A stretch of 64,000 nucleotides of DNA, from sequence record NC_005083.2, one strand, 5' to 3'. This document shows, piece by piece, positions 42,804 through 51,629 of this stretch. The notes under the pieces are model-generated. The model was given only the letters and a program-made list of their open reading frames with translations. It was not told where the DNA came from and did no database searches. Every line of letters begins with the position of its first letter. Position 1 is the stretch's first letter. Made by a program: the position numbers and the translations under genes.

Positions 42804-43126
42804 GCCAAATGGAATACAATAAAGGCGTATTGCATCCAACTAGCAAGTCGATTGAAGAACTAGCTGAAGAGCTTGTGACAGATTTACCAAGCTATTACGA
42901 TTCTAAAGTCGAATATCTCTTGGATAATCACGTCGATTATGGGCTAGTTTTGGTTTGTGACAAGCCTTACACTGTCACTTTTGAAGCCGAACGCGAAGAC
43001 CTATATCATCTTGCACGTGCTGACGTTCAAGAAAACGGTGATATTCATTTCGAGACGTATCACTATAACGGTGGTGCTCATTGGACTGAAGTAGTAGAAG
43101 ATGCATTACGTGAGGTTAAGCAATGA
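42800..43126 (+). CDS. Acidic hypothetical protein, 108 aa
   Basis: Coupled; ends HYNGGAHWTEVVEDAL. Confidence 0.85.
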   Translation: MSQMEYNKGVLHPTSKSIEELAEELVTDLPSYYDSKVEYLLDNHVDYGLVLVCDKPYTVTFEAEREDLYHLARADVQENGDIHFETYHYNGGAHWTEVVEDALREVKQ

Positions 43127-43296
43127 TCATTCTTGAGTTCATTTTTACTCTATTAGCCGCATACGCAGGGAACTACATCGGTCGCTATATCACGGTGAAT
43201 AATGGCACATACACTAAGCCGTACCCGTTTGCGTTTGAAAATCTAAATCACGAAGTCAATTGGGTATTGGCGATTGTACTAATGGTGATTATCTAA
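43123..43296 (+). CDS. Small membrane protein, 57 aa (hand-called)
   Basis: GAGG RBS; coupled to tk. Confidence 0.65.
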   Translation: MIILEFIFTLLAAYAGNYIGRYITVNNGTYTKPYPFAFENLNHEVNWVLAIVLMVII

Positions 43297-43880
43297 TGGC
43301 AAAACTTTACTACAATTATTCCGCTATGAACGCGGGCAAATCTGCACAGCTATTACAAGCTGCTCATAACTACGAACAAACTGGTTCTACTGTGTGGTAT
43401 TTTAACTACTATCAAGACGACCGTTTTGGTGGTGTTGGCAAGATCTCAAGTCGTATTGGCTTAGAGCATGACGCAGTGTTATACAGTGAAGAGTTCGATT
43501 TCATTGACTATGCTTTATTTGAGCGAGTTCCAGCCGCGATTTTCGTCGATGAATGTCAGTTCCTTACTGAGAAACAAGTACTTCAGCTTGCTACGCTGGT
43601 TGATCAGTACAACATTCCAGTGCTTTGTTACGGTATACGCAATGATTACATGGGTAATTTGTTTGCTGGTTCTGCTGCATTGATGTGTCATGCCGATGAG
43701 ATTCGCGAAATCAAAGCCATGTGTTCAGTCGAGGGTTGTCATAAGAAAGCAACTCATATCGGCTTGTATATCGGTGGTGAGCGTGTAACACAAGGCGAAC
43801 AGACATATATTGGTGATACTGATTACCGTAGTATGTGTCGTAAGCATTTTCTAAGGGATGCAAATGGACAGAGTACTTGA
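43296..43880 (+). CDS. tk: Thymidine kinase
   Basis: YSAMNAGKS, FVDECQF, LCYGIRND, F.GS, CSVEGC...YRSMCRKH; start moved from 43260. Confidence 0.96.
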   Translation: MAKLYYNYSAMNAGKSAQLLQAAHNYEQTGSTVWYFNYYQDDRFGGVGKISSRIGLEHDAVLYSEEFDFIDYALFERVPAAIFVDECQFLTEKQVLQLATLVDQYNIPVLCYGIRNDYMGNLFAGSAALMCHADEIREIKAMCSVEGCHKKATHIGLYIGGERVTQGEQTYIGDTDYRSMCRKHFLRDANGQST

Positions 43881-44166
43881 ATTGGAGTCGCAGATTGCGG
43901 CTCTGCAACGGGAATTACAAGACGAGCGTAACCGATGTCGTCATACTCGCGTTACATATGAGTTCAAGTCGAATACGGGTAATTACGATCCGCATTCTGA
44001 TTGCTACTGGAATGAAGTGCAGTGCATTGACTGCGGTTCTCGTATGCACTTCGACTCAGATGATGACAATGTGAATTATCGTCTTGCTGGTGTAATCGGT
44101 TCTGAAGGTAAAGTTGAGAAGCACGATTACGAGACATATTTGAAAGTGAAAAAGGAACTAGAATGA
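43864..44166 (+). CDS. Hypothetical protein with Cys/His cluster, ~100 aa
   Basis: CRH...CIDCG. Confidence 0.8.
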   Translation: MDRVLELESQIAALQRELQDERNRCRHTRVTYEFKSNTGNYDPHSDCYWNEVQCIDCGSRMHFDSDDDNVNYRLAGVIGSEGKVEKHDYETYLKVKKELE

Positions 44167-44513
44167 AGTACGTACGTTATACTGAATTCAACGACAACGA
44201 AGGCGAGACATGGCATCGTTTTATCCCGATGACAGATCCGTGTTTAGACAAGTTTCTAGATGTCATGAAGCTAGTTGAAGATGACCCCGAAGAAGCGTAT
44301 TCGATTGAAGTCGATGCCAACGGAAAGCTTGTCCAATACGATGAGTCATACGTAAAAGTGCTAGTGGACGAAGCAGCCATGTATATGAGCGGTTACATGA
44401 ACATGTATGCCGTATGTAATATTAACGAAAAGCTATTCGAATGGGTTGCCGATGTCGAAAATGACGTTGAAGCAGTTTGCGAAATGCTATACAAGATGGG
44501 GTGGGCGAAATGA
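44163..44513 (+). CDS. Acidic hypothetical protein, 116 aa
   Basis: YTEFNDNEGETW motif; coupled. Confidence 0.85.
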   Translation: MKYVRYTEFNDNEGETWHRFIPMTDPCLDKFLDVMKLVEDDPEEAYSIEVDANGKLVQYDESYVKVLVDEAAMYMSGYMNMYAVCNINEKLFEWVADVENDVEAVCEMLYKMGWAK

Positions 44514-44833
44514 GCCAAGCACTATATGACGCAGTAAAAGCGTACAACGACGAACATGGTTATTCAAACGAGCCAGATTCGATGTACGAGACGTTTGTAG
44601 AATGTCTAAGCAAACGCATTGTACAAGAAGAAACTGAATCTGAGCATCGTTGGTATGATGTTCGTTCTGTGGTACATGCTGTTGACATCGACGGGACAGA
44701 GCGATACTTCCAGACCTTTGATTATCATATTACTGGTGATAACTGTGCCAGTGACATGGATTTAGACATGCCGACGCTTGATGATGTAACAGAAGTTCAT
44801 CCGCATCAAGTAACCATGACTGTTTACAAGTAA
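44510..44833 (+). CDS. Acidic hypothetical protein, 107 aa
   Basis: EHRWYD motif; start moved from 44477. Confidence 0.85.
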   Translation: MSQALYDAVKAYNDEHGYSNEPDSMYETFVECLSKRIVQEETESEHRWYDVRSVVHAVDIDGTERYFQTFDYHITGDNCASDMDLDMPTLDDVTEVHPHQVTMTVYK

Positions 44834-45126
44834 TGGACATCGGTACATTAACTGCGTTATGTGAGCGGGCAGCGTTGTTGTCTGTTCACTTACCAGTTGA
44901 GAAGCGTGACCGTTGTCTATCTATGATTGATGTGCTTCTAGCGAATTCACATTGGCCCGATCTAAAGATTGGTGGATGGTTAGAGCACATTATCACAGTG
45001 TGCATTGAAAACGGTATAACGACTATCGACGCAGAGCGTGAATTCAGCCGTCCGATAAAACATGCGTATTACAGAAGTATAGGTCTTGAACCGCCAGTTA
45101 CTATTGACTTATCCAGAGCCCCTTAA
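44833..45126 (+). CDS. Hypothetical protein, 97 aa
   Basis: KIGGWLEHI...GITT...ER.FSRP. Confidence 0.8.
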   Translation: MDIGTLTALCERAALLSVHLPVEKRDRCLSMIDVLLANSHWPDLKIGGWLEHIITVCIENGITTIDAEREFSRPIKHAYYRSIGLEPPVTIDLSRAP

Positions 45127-45140
45127 TTGGGGCTTTTTTA
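45117..45140 (+). terminator. Rho-independent terminator (identical to 16628-16651)
   Basis: agcccc-ttaatt-ggggc-tttttta. Confidence 0.9.
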
Positions 45141-45191
45141 GGTCTGAAGAAAAATAAAAGAAAAAAGTTTAAGTTTTTTTGCAAAAAGTGG

Positions 45192-45235
45192 TTGCATGGC
45201 GAATGGTAATCTCCTATTATAGCTACATCGAAACG
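45192..45235 (+). promoter_or_regulatory. Early-type promoter cassette
   Basis: TTGCAT, 17 bp, TATTAT 45215-45220, ATCGAAACG. Confidence 0.85.
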
Positions 45236-45275
45236 AGATACACAATCTTAAACGACTTAACTAAGAGAGAACATT

Positions 45276-45875
45276 ATGCCAAGCAATCTGAACAACATCA
45301 AAATCAAAGACATTCGCGAATTCGGTATCAGCACTATCTCATACAAAGATTTCACTATCTTTGCTACTGAAGAAGCTGACGAGATTGTTCTACGCGCTGC
45401 TGTAGAATACGATGAGAACTCAGACGCTCACGTATCAGTTACTGAAGTATGTGGTGACACATTGAAAGAAGCGAAAGCTTACTTGCAAGCTGAATTGAAC
45501 GACGTTGAGCACACTGCTGGTCAGATTGCTGAAATGGCGATTGCTCTTGACTTCACTGGTCAATACGACGTTCTAGTTGAGAAATTCAACGCGCCGAAAG
45601 CGAAGCCAGTTGCAGTAGTCGCTCCTGTAGCTAAAGTATCTGCTCCAGTAGAAGAGACTAAGCCAGCGCCTAAGAAGACTAACGCACGCGGTGCTGCTGC
45701 ACGTGAGCTAGTCGCTGAGAAAGCAACTGAAGTTACAGGTCTGACTGACATCACTTTCGAACAGCGTGGCAAATACAAAGACTGGTACATCATGGGTACT
45801 GACGCTGAAGGCGAAGCATTTGAGCAACGTCTAGACGTATTCAAGAAGAAACTAGTAGTAATGGGAGCATTGTAA
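45276..45875 (+). CDS. Hypothetical early protein, 199 aa, Ala/Pro/Lys linker
   Basis: GAGAGA RBS; strongly biased codon usage. Confidence 0.9.
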   Translation: MPSNLNNIKIKDIREFGISTISYKDFTIFATEEADEIVLRAAVEYDENSDAHVSVTEVCGDTLKEAKAYLQAELNDVEHTAGQIAEMAIALDFTGQYDVLVEKFNAPKAKPVAVVAPVAKVSAPVEETKPAPKKTNARGAAARELVAEKATEVTGLTDITFEQRGKYKDWYIMGTDAEGEAFEQRLDVFKKKLVVMGAL

Positions 45876-46045
45876 TGGTTAATCAAGTACGACGTATCAA
45901 TGGTGATGATTACATTGTCAAGTCTCACCGTGACAACAAGTGTGAAGTACAAAAGCTTTCACATATTGAATTAGTTCTTGACACGTACGACGTTCACGAG
46001 CTAGAATCTTTCGAACTTATTACAACACTATCTGATACTTTTTAA
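45875..46045 (+). CDS. Hypothetical protein, 56 aa (hand-called)
   Basis: GGAG RBS; TAATG coupling. Confidence 0.65.
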   Translation: MVNQVRRINGDDYIVKSHRDNKCEVQKLSHIELVLDTYDVHELESFELITTLSDTF

Positions 46046-46054
46046 GGACATATT

Positions 46055-46615
46055 ATGAACATCAAAGCAGGTCAAATCGTAGTTTCAACGGCAACATCAC
46101 ACAAGTCAGTTGGCAAGAATGGCGAGTACGGATTGGTTATGCACGCCAACAACACTCTAGCAATCGTATATTGGCCAAACGCAGGTCGTTGTGTCAAACA
46201 GTTTTTCAAAAATGCGACTATTGCATATGCGCCGTCTAGAACTACGTTTAATACCAATATCAATCGCGATAAAGCCGAAGCTGCATACGCACAATACAAA
46301 AACGATACTAAACCAGCAAAACGCAAACAAGAAAGTGAAGATAATAGTCAACCGTCATTGAATACGCCGATGGGATATGCAGTTGCGTTGATGCGCAATG
46401 ACTTATCAGCACGAGAACTAATTTCGATGCATGATGGTCTTATTTCGTCTGAGCAAATGTATTTGAGACACGTTGAGCGAGTTACTGGCGAATCAGCCTC
46501 GATTCACAGTGCGAAGATACAGTTACAGAAAACACTGCGTGCTCAAGAGCTATCAGAAATCGACGCAGAGATTAAGCGCCTTGAGCAACTAAAAGCACAA
46601 CTTGCAAACAAATAA
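46055..46615 (+). CDS. Hypothetical protein, 186 aa, C-terminal coiled coil
   Basis: AAGGA RBS. Confidence 0.85.
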   Translation: MNIKAGQIVVSTATSHKSVGKNGEYGLVMHANNTLAIVYWPNAGRCVKQFFKNATIAYAPSRTTFNTNINRDKAEAAYAQYKNDTKPAKRKQESEDNSQPSLNTPMGYAVALMRNDLSARELISMHDGLISSEQMYLRHVERVTGESASIHSAKIQLQKTLRAQELSEIDAEIKRLEQLKAQLANK

Positions 46616-46647
46616 AACTTTATACCCAAACTTGAGAGAAAAACATT

Positions 46648-47205
46648 ATGAACAAATCAGTACAACTAGTAATCGCATTCGCTGGAACTTACATGCCAAC
46701 TGCATACGAACTTGGTCAGAACTTCTATGATGAAAGCAAAAGCAAGACATATATTGACTCGGTGCGTCGTCAATGTGCTAAAGAGCTTGAAGAAGGCGTG
46801 AAAGCGGGATTGCTAACTCGTGTTAAAGGTAAGAAGTATGCTGGTTCAACTAAGTTCGCGCATCGTTACACATGTCGTAAGTACGCTGATAAGATTGGTC
46901 TAAAGAACGTACCTTACCGTGACGGTCGTAATGCTCCACCACGCACTGGCATTATTGCACTGATTGAAAAATGCGTTGCTGAAATGATTATCGACAAAAC
47001 GTACCGTCACAAGAAGTTCACTTCAAACGAAGTTGGTATCGCTACTGTCATTCAATACATTCGCGAAGGAAAAACACCTGCTGCACGCAAGATCTTGAGC
47101 AGCCACGCGAACACATATGAAAAGAACGTGAAGTACGTTGTTCGCAATCACCGTGGTGTTCTTGATGACAAAGGGCTTAACTTACGCGACTTAGTGAAAG
47201 CATAA
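46648..47205 (+). CDS. Basic hypothetical protein, 185 aa
   Basis: GAGAGA RBS. Confidence 0.85.
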   Translation: MNKSVQLVIAFAGTYMPTAYELGQNFYDESKSKTYIDSVRRQCAKELEEGVKAGLLTRVKGKKYAGSTKFAHRYTCRKYADKIGLKNVPYRDGRNAPPRTGIIALIEKCVAEMIIDKTYRHKKFTSNEVGIATVIQYIREGKTPAARKILSSHANTYEKNVKYVVRNHRGVLDDKGLNLRDLVKA

Positions 47206-47251
47206 TGCAACCAATAGATGTAAGAGATAGAATTGAACACGGGGCTACCAA

Positions 47252-47845
47252 ATGCACAAAATGACAGTTCATGTATGTGACTACTGCGACTTTCAAAGCA
47301 TATTACCAAAAGAAGTCGAAGCGCATGAAAAGCGTTGCGCACAGCACGACACGTTTTTAAAAGTCAAAGCGATTCAGCAAGCACAAGCTCATGCCTATCT
47401 TGATACGATTCGATTGCGTGCATGTTCGTTCAAGCACTTGTTTGAAATCATTCAAGACGAGGAAGACATGATCATCGAAGCGGTTCAGGTGTTGCACTTC
47501 TACGGCGAAGAGCGTAAAACACCGCGTATGATGAACTTCAAATGGAAATACTGTCATTTCTGTCACGAGCACGAGCAGTTTCGAGAACAGCGCAAGACAC
47601 ACAGCGCGCCAGTCGGTGAGAAAACTTGCCCGATGTGGTCAGAAAACAAAGACGACATCAAGAGCGGTCTTGCTTGTGCTATTGAATGCACATGGGAACA
47701 TCAAGGTAGTCGTAAATCAGTAGATCGCTATCGTAAATACCTTGGTTATATTCCGGGTGTGAATACTGGCTCAGGTGGTGGTGTTGATAAAGTTCATTAC
47801 TATCTGACACTGTGGAAAGATGATTTCCCATTAATTCAAAAATAA
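47252..47845 (+). CDS. Hypothetical protein with N-terminal C2H2-like finger, 197 aa
   Basis: CDYCDF...EAHEKRC. Confidence 0.8.
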   Translation: MHKMTVHVCDYCDFQSILPKEVEAHEKRCAQHDTFLKVKAIQQAQAHAYLDTIRLRACSFKHLFEIIQDEEDMIIEAVQVLHFYGEERKTPRMMNFKWKYCHFCHEHEQFREQRKTHSAPVGEKTCPMWSENKDDIKSGLACAIECTWEHQGSRKSVDRYRKYLGYIPGVNTGSGGGVDKVHYYLTLWKDDFPLIQK

Positions 47846-47851
47846 CCAAAG

Positions 47852-47905
47852 AAAGGGGTTGCTTCGGCAGCCCTTTTTGCGTATTATAGCTCTATCGAAA
47901 CGAAA
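47852..47905 (+). promoter_or_regulatory. PeSL-like promoter/terminator cassette
   Basis: gggTTGC-ttcg-gcagccc-ttttt; TATTAT 47882-47887; ATCGAAACG. Confidence 0.85.
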
Positions 47906-47916
47906 GAGAGAACATT

Positions 47917-48159
47917 ATGACTTCAGTAATCAACGAAAAATTCATGACAGTGATTCACAAAGCACAAGACGCAGTTGTTGCTGAAAATGCTTCTTTCGAT
48001 TACGTAGCATCTAACGCTGAGATCGCAACTGACATTTGGCACAATCACATGACTCCGTTCGAGCGTCTAGAGTTTGTTCAGTTGTTCACTAACGAGTCTC
48101 TAGTGATTGAACGCCGTTACGACCTTGCGCTTTGGTTAATTGAAAATTCTTTGAAATAA
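47917..48159 (+). CDS. Hypothetical early protein, 80 aa
   Basis: Cassette RBS. Confidence 0.85.
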   Translation: MTSVINEKFMTVIHKAQDAVVAENASFDYVASNAEIATDIWHNHMTPFERLEFVQLFTNESLVIERRYDLALWLIENSLK

Positions 48160-48162
48160 TGC

Positions 48163-48191
48163 TTGACGAGTTTCACCAAAAAGCCGATAAT
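48163..48191 (+). promoter_or_regulatory. Early-type promoter
   Basis: TTGACG, 17 bp, GATAAT; variant ATCAAAACG. Confidence 0.7.
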
Positions 48192-48217
48192 AGCTACATC
48201 AAAACGAGGAGAACATT

Positions 48218-48508
48218 ATGAACTACACAACTGAAACAATCAAAGCATGTCTTGAACTAGTTGCAACTTTGAAATCAGACAAGATTACAAAAGGCAACGT
48301 AGAGAAGCTACGCGCCGCATATCGTGCTCAATCTGACCAAGAAGTGTCTATTGCTATGTCTTCTATCTGTTCGATTGCAGAGCGTCATTTAGACCGCAAA
48401 GCAGCGAATCGTCCTGCAATGAGCAAGTGTGCTGAGTCTTACTTGAACTTTGATTGGCGTACAATCCCGGGTTGTGTTGGTTTTTCACGTGAAGTACTAG
48501 AGGTATAA
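48218..48508 (+). CDS. Hypothetical early protein, 96 aa
   Basis: GAGGAG RBS. Confidence 0.85.
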   Translation: MNYTTETIKACLELVATLKSDKITKGNVEKLRAAYRAQSDQEVSIAMSSICSIAERHLDRKAANRPAMSKCAESYLNFDWRTIPGCVGFSREVLEV

Positions 48509-48509
48509 C

Positions 48510-48620
48510 ATGAGCAAGATCGACGAAGCGTTTTTCTGCATTTTATTTTACCTATGCGTGTTTGTATACAAAACACGTTGGTTTCTAATTGGTATGGGGG
48601 TAGCATGGTTAGTCTTTTAA
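48510..48620 (+). CDS. Possible 36 aa hydrophobic peptide (hand-called)
   Basis: GAGGT RBS. Confidence 0.45.
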   Translation: MSKIDEAFFCILFYLCVFVYKTRWFLIGMGVAWLVF

Positions 48621-48886
48621 AAGCAGTTAACAGTGAGTTCACAGACAAGACGGGTTATGTTTTGCCTGTTGAAATCGCAGAGAAAGTATCACGCGAGTGT
48701 GAGCAAGAATATTGGAATACGTTTTACACTCATGATTGCACGTCGTTAGACACTGCTGACCGCGATGTTGTATTCGATATGATTGCCGCAGAACTTGGAT
48801 TTGAAGACGGATGGCCAATGTACGGTTCGTCTGAAGAGTACACAAACAAATTTTGGCAAGCAATTCAAAAACTGGAGAAAGCATGA
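48605..48886 (+). CDS. Hypothetical protein, 93 aa
   Basis: Start moved from 48554 (GGGGG RBS). Confidence 0.75.
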   Translation: MVSLLKAVNSEFTDKTGYVLPVEIAEKVSRECEQEYWNTFYTHDCTSLDTADRDVVFDMIAAELGFEDGWPMYGSSEEYTNKFWQAIQKLEKA

Positions 48887-49170
48887 AATTTTTAGCTAAA
48901 GTGAAAGAGTGGCTGTTCCCTACTATCACGCCACCATCAATTGGTGATAAATTTCGCCAAACCGAGAAAGATTGGGTTGACACTGAACGCGAAGCGACTA
49001 TAATCGAAGTCACCAACGTATCGAAAGACGGGAAATACGTGAAATACGAGTTCACGCAAATTGAAGGTAAGCCTGTTGTGCAGTCGCTTTCACTCAGTAG
49101 CTACTCATCAACGAGCACGTATGAAATCCCGACACAACACCTTTACAGATTATTTGAGAAAGTAGAATGA
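48883..49170 (+). CDS. Paralog family B member 1, 95 aa
   Basis: IGDKF...TIIEVTNVSKDGKYVKY...LYRLFEK. Confidence 0.8.
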   Translation: MKFLAKVKEWLFPTITPPSIGDKFRQTEKDWVDTEREATIIEVTNVSKDGKYVKYEFTQIEGKPVVQSLSLSSYSSTSTYEIPTQHLYRLFEKVE

Positions 49171-49583
49171 CACGAATCAATTGTATGCCGGTTGAAACGC
49201 TCTCTGACAAGCATTTGCTTGCAGAGTACAAAGAGATAACCAGACCGTTTAACAAGGTTGAGAAGCGCATACAAGCGCATACAATGGGTAATGTGACTAT
49301 TCCTAGTCATTACGTACTTGGTACAGGTCACGAAACGTTCTTTTTTGATAAGTTGCATTATCTTTACGTTCGTTATCGTGACCTTTGTGAAGAGTTATTA
49401 CATCGTGGCGTGAATATCAACGTTGATCAGTTCGATGAGATTTGTGAATGGATTGAACGAACGTTCGTTGACACGCCATATTGGAACTATTGGACACCGC
49501 GACCAGAAGACATGTATTTGAACATGGCGCGATTAGTAAAGCGTAGCAATTTCGACGCTGCAAAAGAAGAAGCACTAAACTGA
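49167..49583 (+). CDS. denV: Endonuclease V, pyrimidine-dimer glycosylase
   Basis: MTRIN...LSDKHLLAEYKE, YVLGTGHETFFFDKL; 138 aa. Confidence 0.95.
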   Translation: MTRINCMPVETLSDKHLLAEYKEITRPFNKVEKRIQAHTMGNVTIPSHYVLGTGHETFFFDKLHYLYVRYRDLCEELLHRGVNINVDQFDEICEWIERTFVDTPYWNYWTPRPEDMYLNMARLVKRSNFDAAKEEALN

Positions 49584-49593
49584 GGAAATTATT

Positions 49594-50025
49594 ATGGCAC
49601 TAGCACCCGACCCTAGAGAAGAGCTACCTGAACGTTTTGACTTCAAGATGCCAGAAGAGCCTAAGACTCGCAAGACGAACTGCAAAGTAACTGAAGAGAA
49701 AGACAAGAACATCTTCAAGATCATCATGTTCTGGTTCTTCTTTGCGATATTTGGTATTGCAGTTGCAGCGTTCTTTGGGGTTTTCAGCAAGATAGAAATT
49801 GGGGATCGTTATTACCTTCTGCAAGACGTGGGATGGGAACGCTCTCAAAGCGTATTGTTCGGTATTGAAATCACAGACGTGAATTACGCAGCCGAGCGAG
49901 TACGGTACAAGTACATCAACTTAGATGCTGTAGATGAGAAAGAAATGGCGTTTAGTGCTTTGAAACGTTCTTACGTACCGGCTGACAGTGTTGAAATCAA
50001 TCACTCTATGGAGAAAACAAAATGA
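49594..50025 (+). CDS. Membrane-anchored paralog family B member 2, 143 aa
   Basis: One TM then IEIGDRY...IEITDV...VRYKY. Confidence 0.8.
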   Translation: MALAPDPREELPERFDFKMPEEPKTRKTNCKVTEEKDKNIFKIIMFWFFFAIFGIAVAAFFGVFSKIEIGDRYYLLQDVGWERSQSVLFGIEITDVNYAAERVRYKYINLDAVDEKEMAFSALKRSYVPADSVEINHSMEKTK

Positions 50026-50375
50026 CAGCGACCAAATTCGTAGGCTCAATCGTAGCTGTATGGCTTGGTATTATATTTCTCGTAGCCATGAACATCACTG
50101 GGTATTCGTTATTCAAACCAGACATTAAAGTTGGTGACGTATATCAGTCTGTCAAAGAAGCAGAATTTGCCAGTGACCCCGATGAAGTAACGATCATCGA
50201 AATCACTGAAATCAGCAAAGACGGCGATGACGTTCGTTACATTTACAAAATGATAGACAACAAGGCGTATGAAAACGACGATCCATATCATTGGAAAATG
50301 AAAAAGCGTTATATCTACCGTTACTATGAGAAACTTGATTATGAAAGCAACGCAAAAACAGATCGAACTATGTAA
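50022..50375 (+). CDS. Membrane-anchored paralog family B member 3, 117 aa
   Basis: N-terminal TM then IKVGDVY...TIIEITEISKDGDDVRY...IYRYYEK. Confidence 0.8.
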   Translation: MTATKFVGSIVAVWLGIIFLVAMNITGYSLFKPDIKVGDVYQSVKEAEFASDPDEVTIIEITEISKDGDDVRYIYKMIDNKAYENDDPYHWKMKKRYIYRYYEKLDYESNAKTDRTM

Positions 50376-50565
50376 CTTACTCATTGACAACGGTGCTCCG
50401 TTTGAACTAAAACACCCACACGAAGATTCCATCGAAGCTGCTGATCAGTTCATCAAAGCGAATCGTCATTATCTACAGCGTGGTATCGTCAAGCACGAGA
50501 ACTATTATCACAAAGCAGTTGAGAACGGTTTGATGCCTGAAGACATCGGTGTGTGGAATATGTAA
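50341..50565 (+). CDS. Hypothetical protein, 74 aa
   Basis: MKATQKQIELC... Confidence 0.7.
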   Translation: MKATQKQIELCNLLIDNGAPFELKHPHEDSIEAADQFIKANRHYLQRGIVKHENYYHKAVENGLMPEDIGVWNM

Positions 50566-50572
50566 AAAGTGG

Positions 50573-50600
50573 TTGCAATGCCGAATCAGATGCGTATAAT
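50573..50600 (+). promoter_or_regulatory. Early-type promoter
   Basis: aaaaagtgg TTGCAA, 16 bp, TATAAT. Confidence 0.75.
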
Positions 50601-50628
50601 GAACTCATCAACTAAAGAGAGACACGTT

Positions 50629-50817
50629 ATGATTTTGAAATACATCATAATGCAATATGACGAAAAAGACGTGACGTATCATGATGAGTCTGTTTTCGAC
50701 TATCAACCAATATTCGTATCGTATGATTCTGCTGAGGCAATTGCCAAACTTGAATTGATGCGAAGATCTGAAACTAAAACACGTTGGTTTGCTTGCCACG
50801 TTGAGGAAGAGAAATGA
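50629..50817 (+). CDS. Hypothetical protein, 62 aa
   Basis: Start moved from 50569. Confidence 0.75.
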   Translation: MILKYIIMQYDEKDVTYHDESVFDYQPIFVSYDSAEAIAKLELMRRSETKTRWFACHVEEEK

Positions 50818-51024
50818 GCTTTAAAACACGAGTACAAATTTGGCGCGTCGCACGAGTCATTGTGATGTTCACTTACAATCTCTCGGTCGCTATCTCGCGT
50901 AGCTTCTAACACACGAGGGATGGTATGCAGTTCACGCTATCCCTAAACGACTTATCACCAATGGGATTCGACGAGTTCAACAAAGCCGTCGATAAAGTCA
51001 GGGAAGAATCAGAGGAAGAAAATT

Positions 51025-51249
51025 ATGAAAGTAGTATACGAAAATGCGACAAAGCACGAGAAAGGTCTGCTTGTTTACTTGCATTTCAATGACGAGACTG
51101 AATATCGTGTTGGTAAGAATGGCACTGTTCAGCGTGGTAAGTCGTTTCACGGCAAAGTAAGGCGCGGTGAAAAGGTCTACGCAAACGAACATGTTGTCGG
51201 TCACAAAAGCAACACGCTTGAAGAAGCGAACAAGCGAGTATTCAAATGA
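51025..51249 (+). CDS. Basic hypothetical protein, 74 aa
   Basis: GAGGA RBS. Confidence 0.8.
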   Translation: MKVVYENATKHEKGLLVYLHFNDETEYRVGKNGTVQRGKSFHGKVRRGEKVYANEHVVGHKSNTLEEANKRVFK

Positions 51250-51629
51250 ACGATAACGAACTAAAAGGCTTACCAACTGACATCGACTTGCTAGAAACAG
51301 CAATTCAGTTGCTCAAAGCAAAACCTTATGATCAGCGCCGTTTAGAGCATTTAGCAAATGTCATGACTCGCGTTCAGCCTCAAGTGCTCAAGCGAAAAGC
51401 TGAACTTGATTGCTGGACAGTGAAGCCATTCACCAGAATGGACATGAAAAAGCTACAAATCGTACCAACGAACGGTGTGTTTTACCAAGATCAATTGATT
51501 CACACGTACGATAAAGACGCTCAAGCGTTTCACATGCTTGATTATTTCAAAGAGAACGACATCAAATCATACGGTGAGTTTCTTGACCATCTTAGCGAAT
51601 TGGAGAATAAAGTATGCACGCAGGTGTAA
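51246..51629 (+). CDS. Hypothetical protein, 127 aa
   Basis: Coupled ORF. Confidence 0.8.
   Translation: MNDNELKGLPTDIDLLETAIQLLKAKPYDQRRLEHLANVMTRVQPQVLKRKAELDCWTVKPFTRMDMKKLQIVPTNGVFYQDQLIHTYDKDAQAFHMLDYFKENDIKSYGEFLDHLSELENKVCTQV

Noticed and set aside
16585-47739. TAAATA hexamers at 16585, 27766 and 47734 as late promoters
   Set aside because: Inside coding sequence with no positional support; a 6-mer is expected by chance many times in AT-rich DNA.
50814-51090. Frameshifted pseudogene between 50817 and 51025
   Set aside because: Two short ORFs (31 aa at 50814 and one at 50925 overlapping the 51025 gene) show no shared motif or recognisable parent gene.
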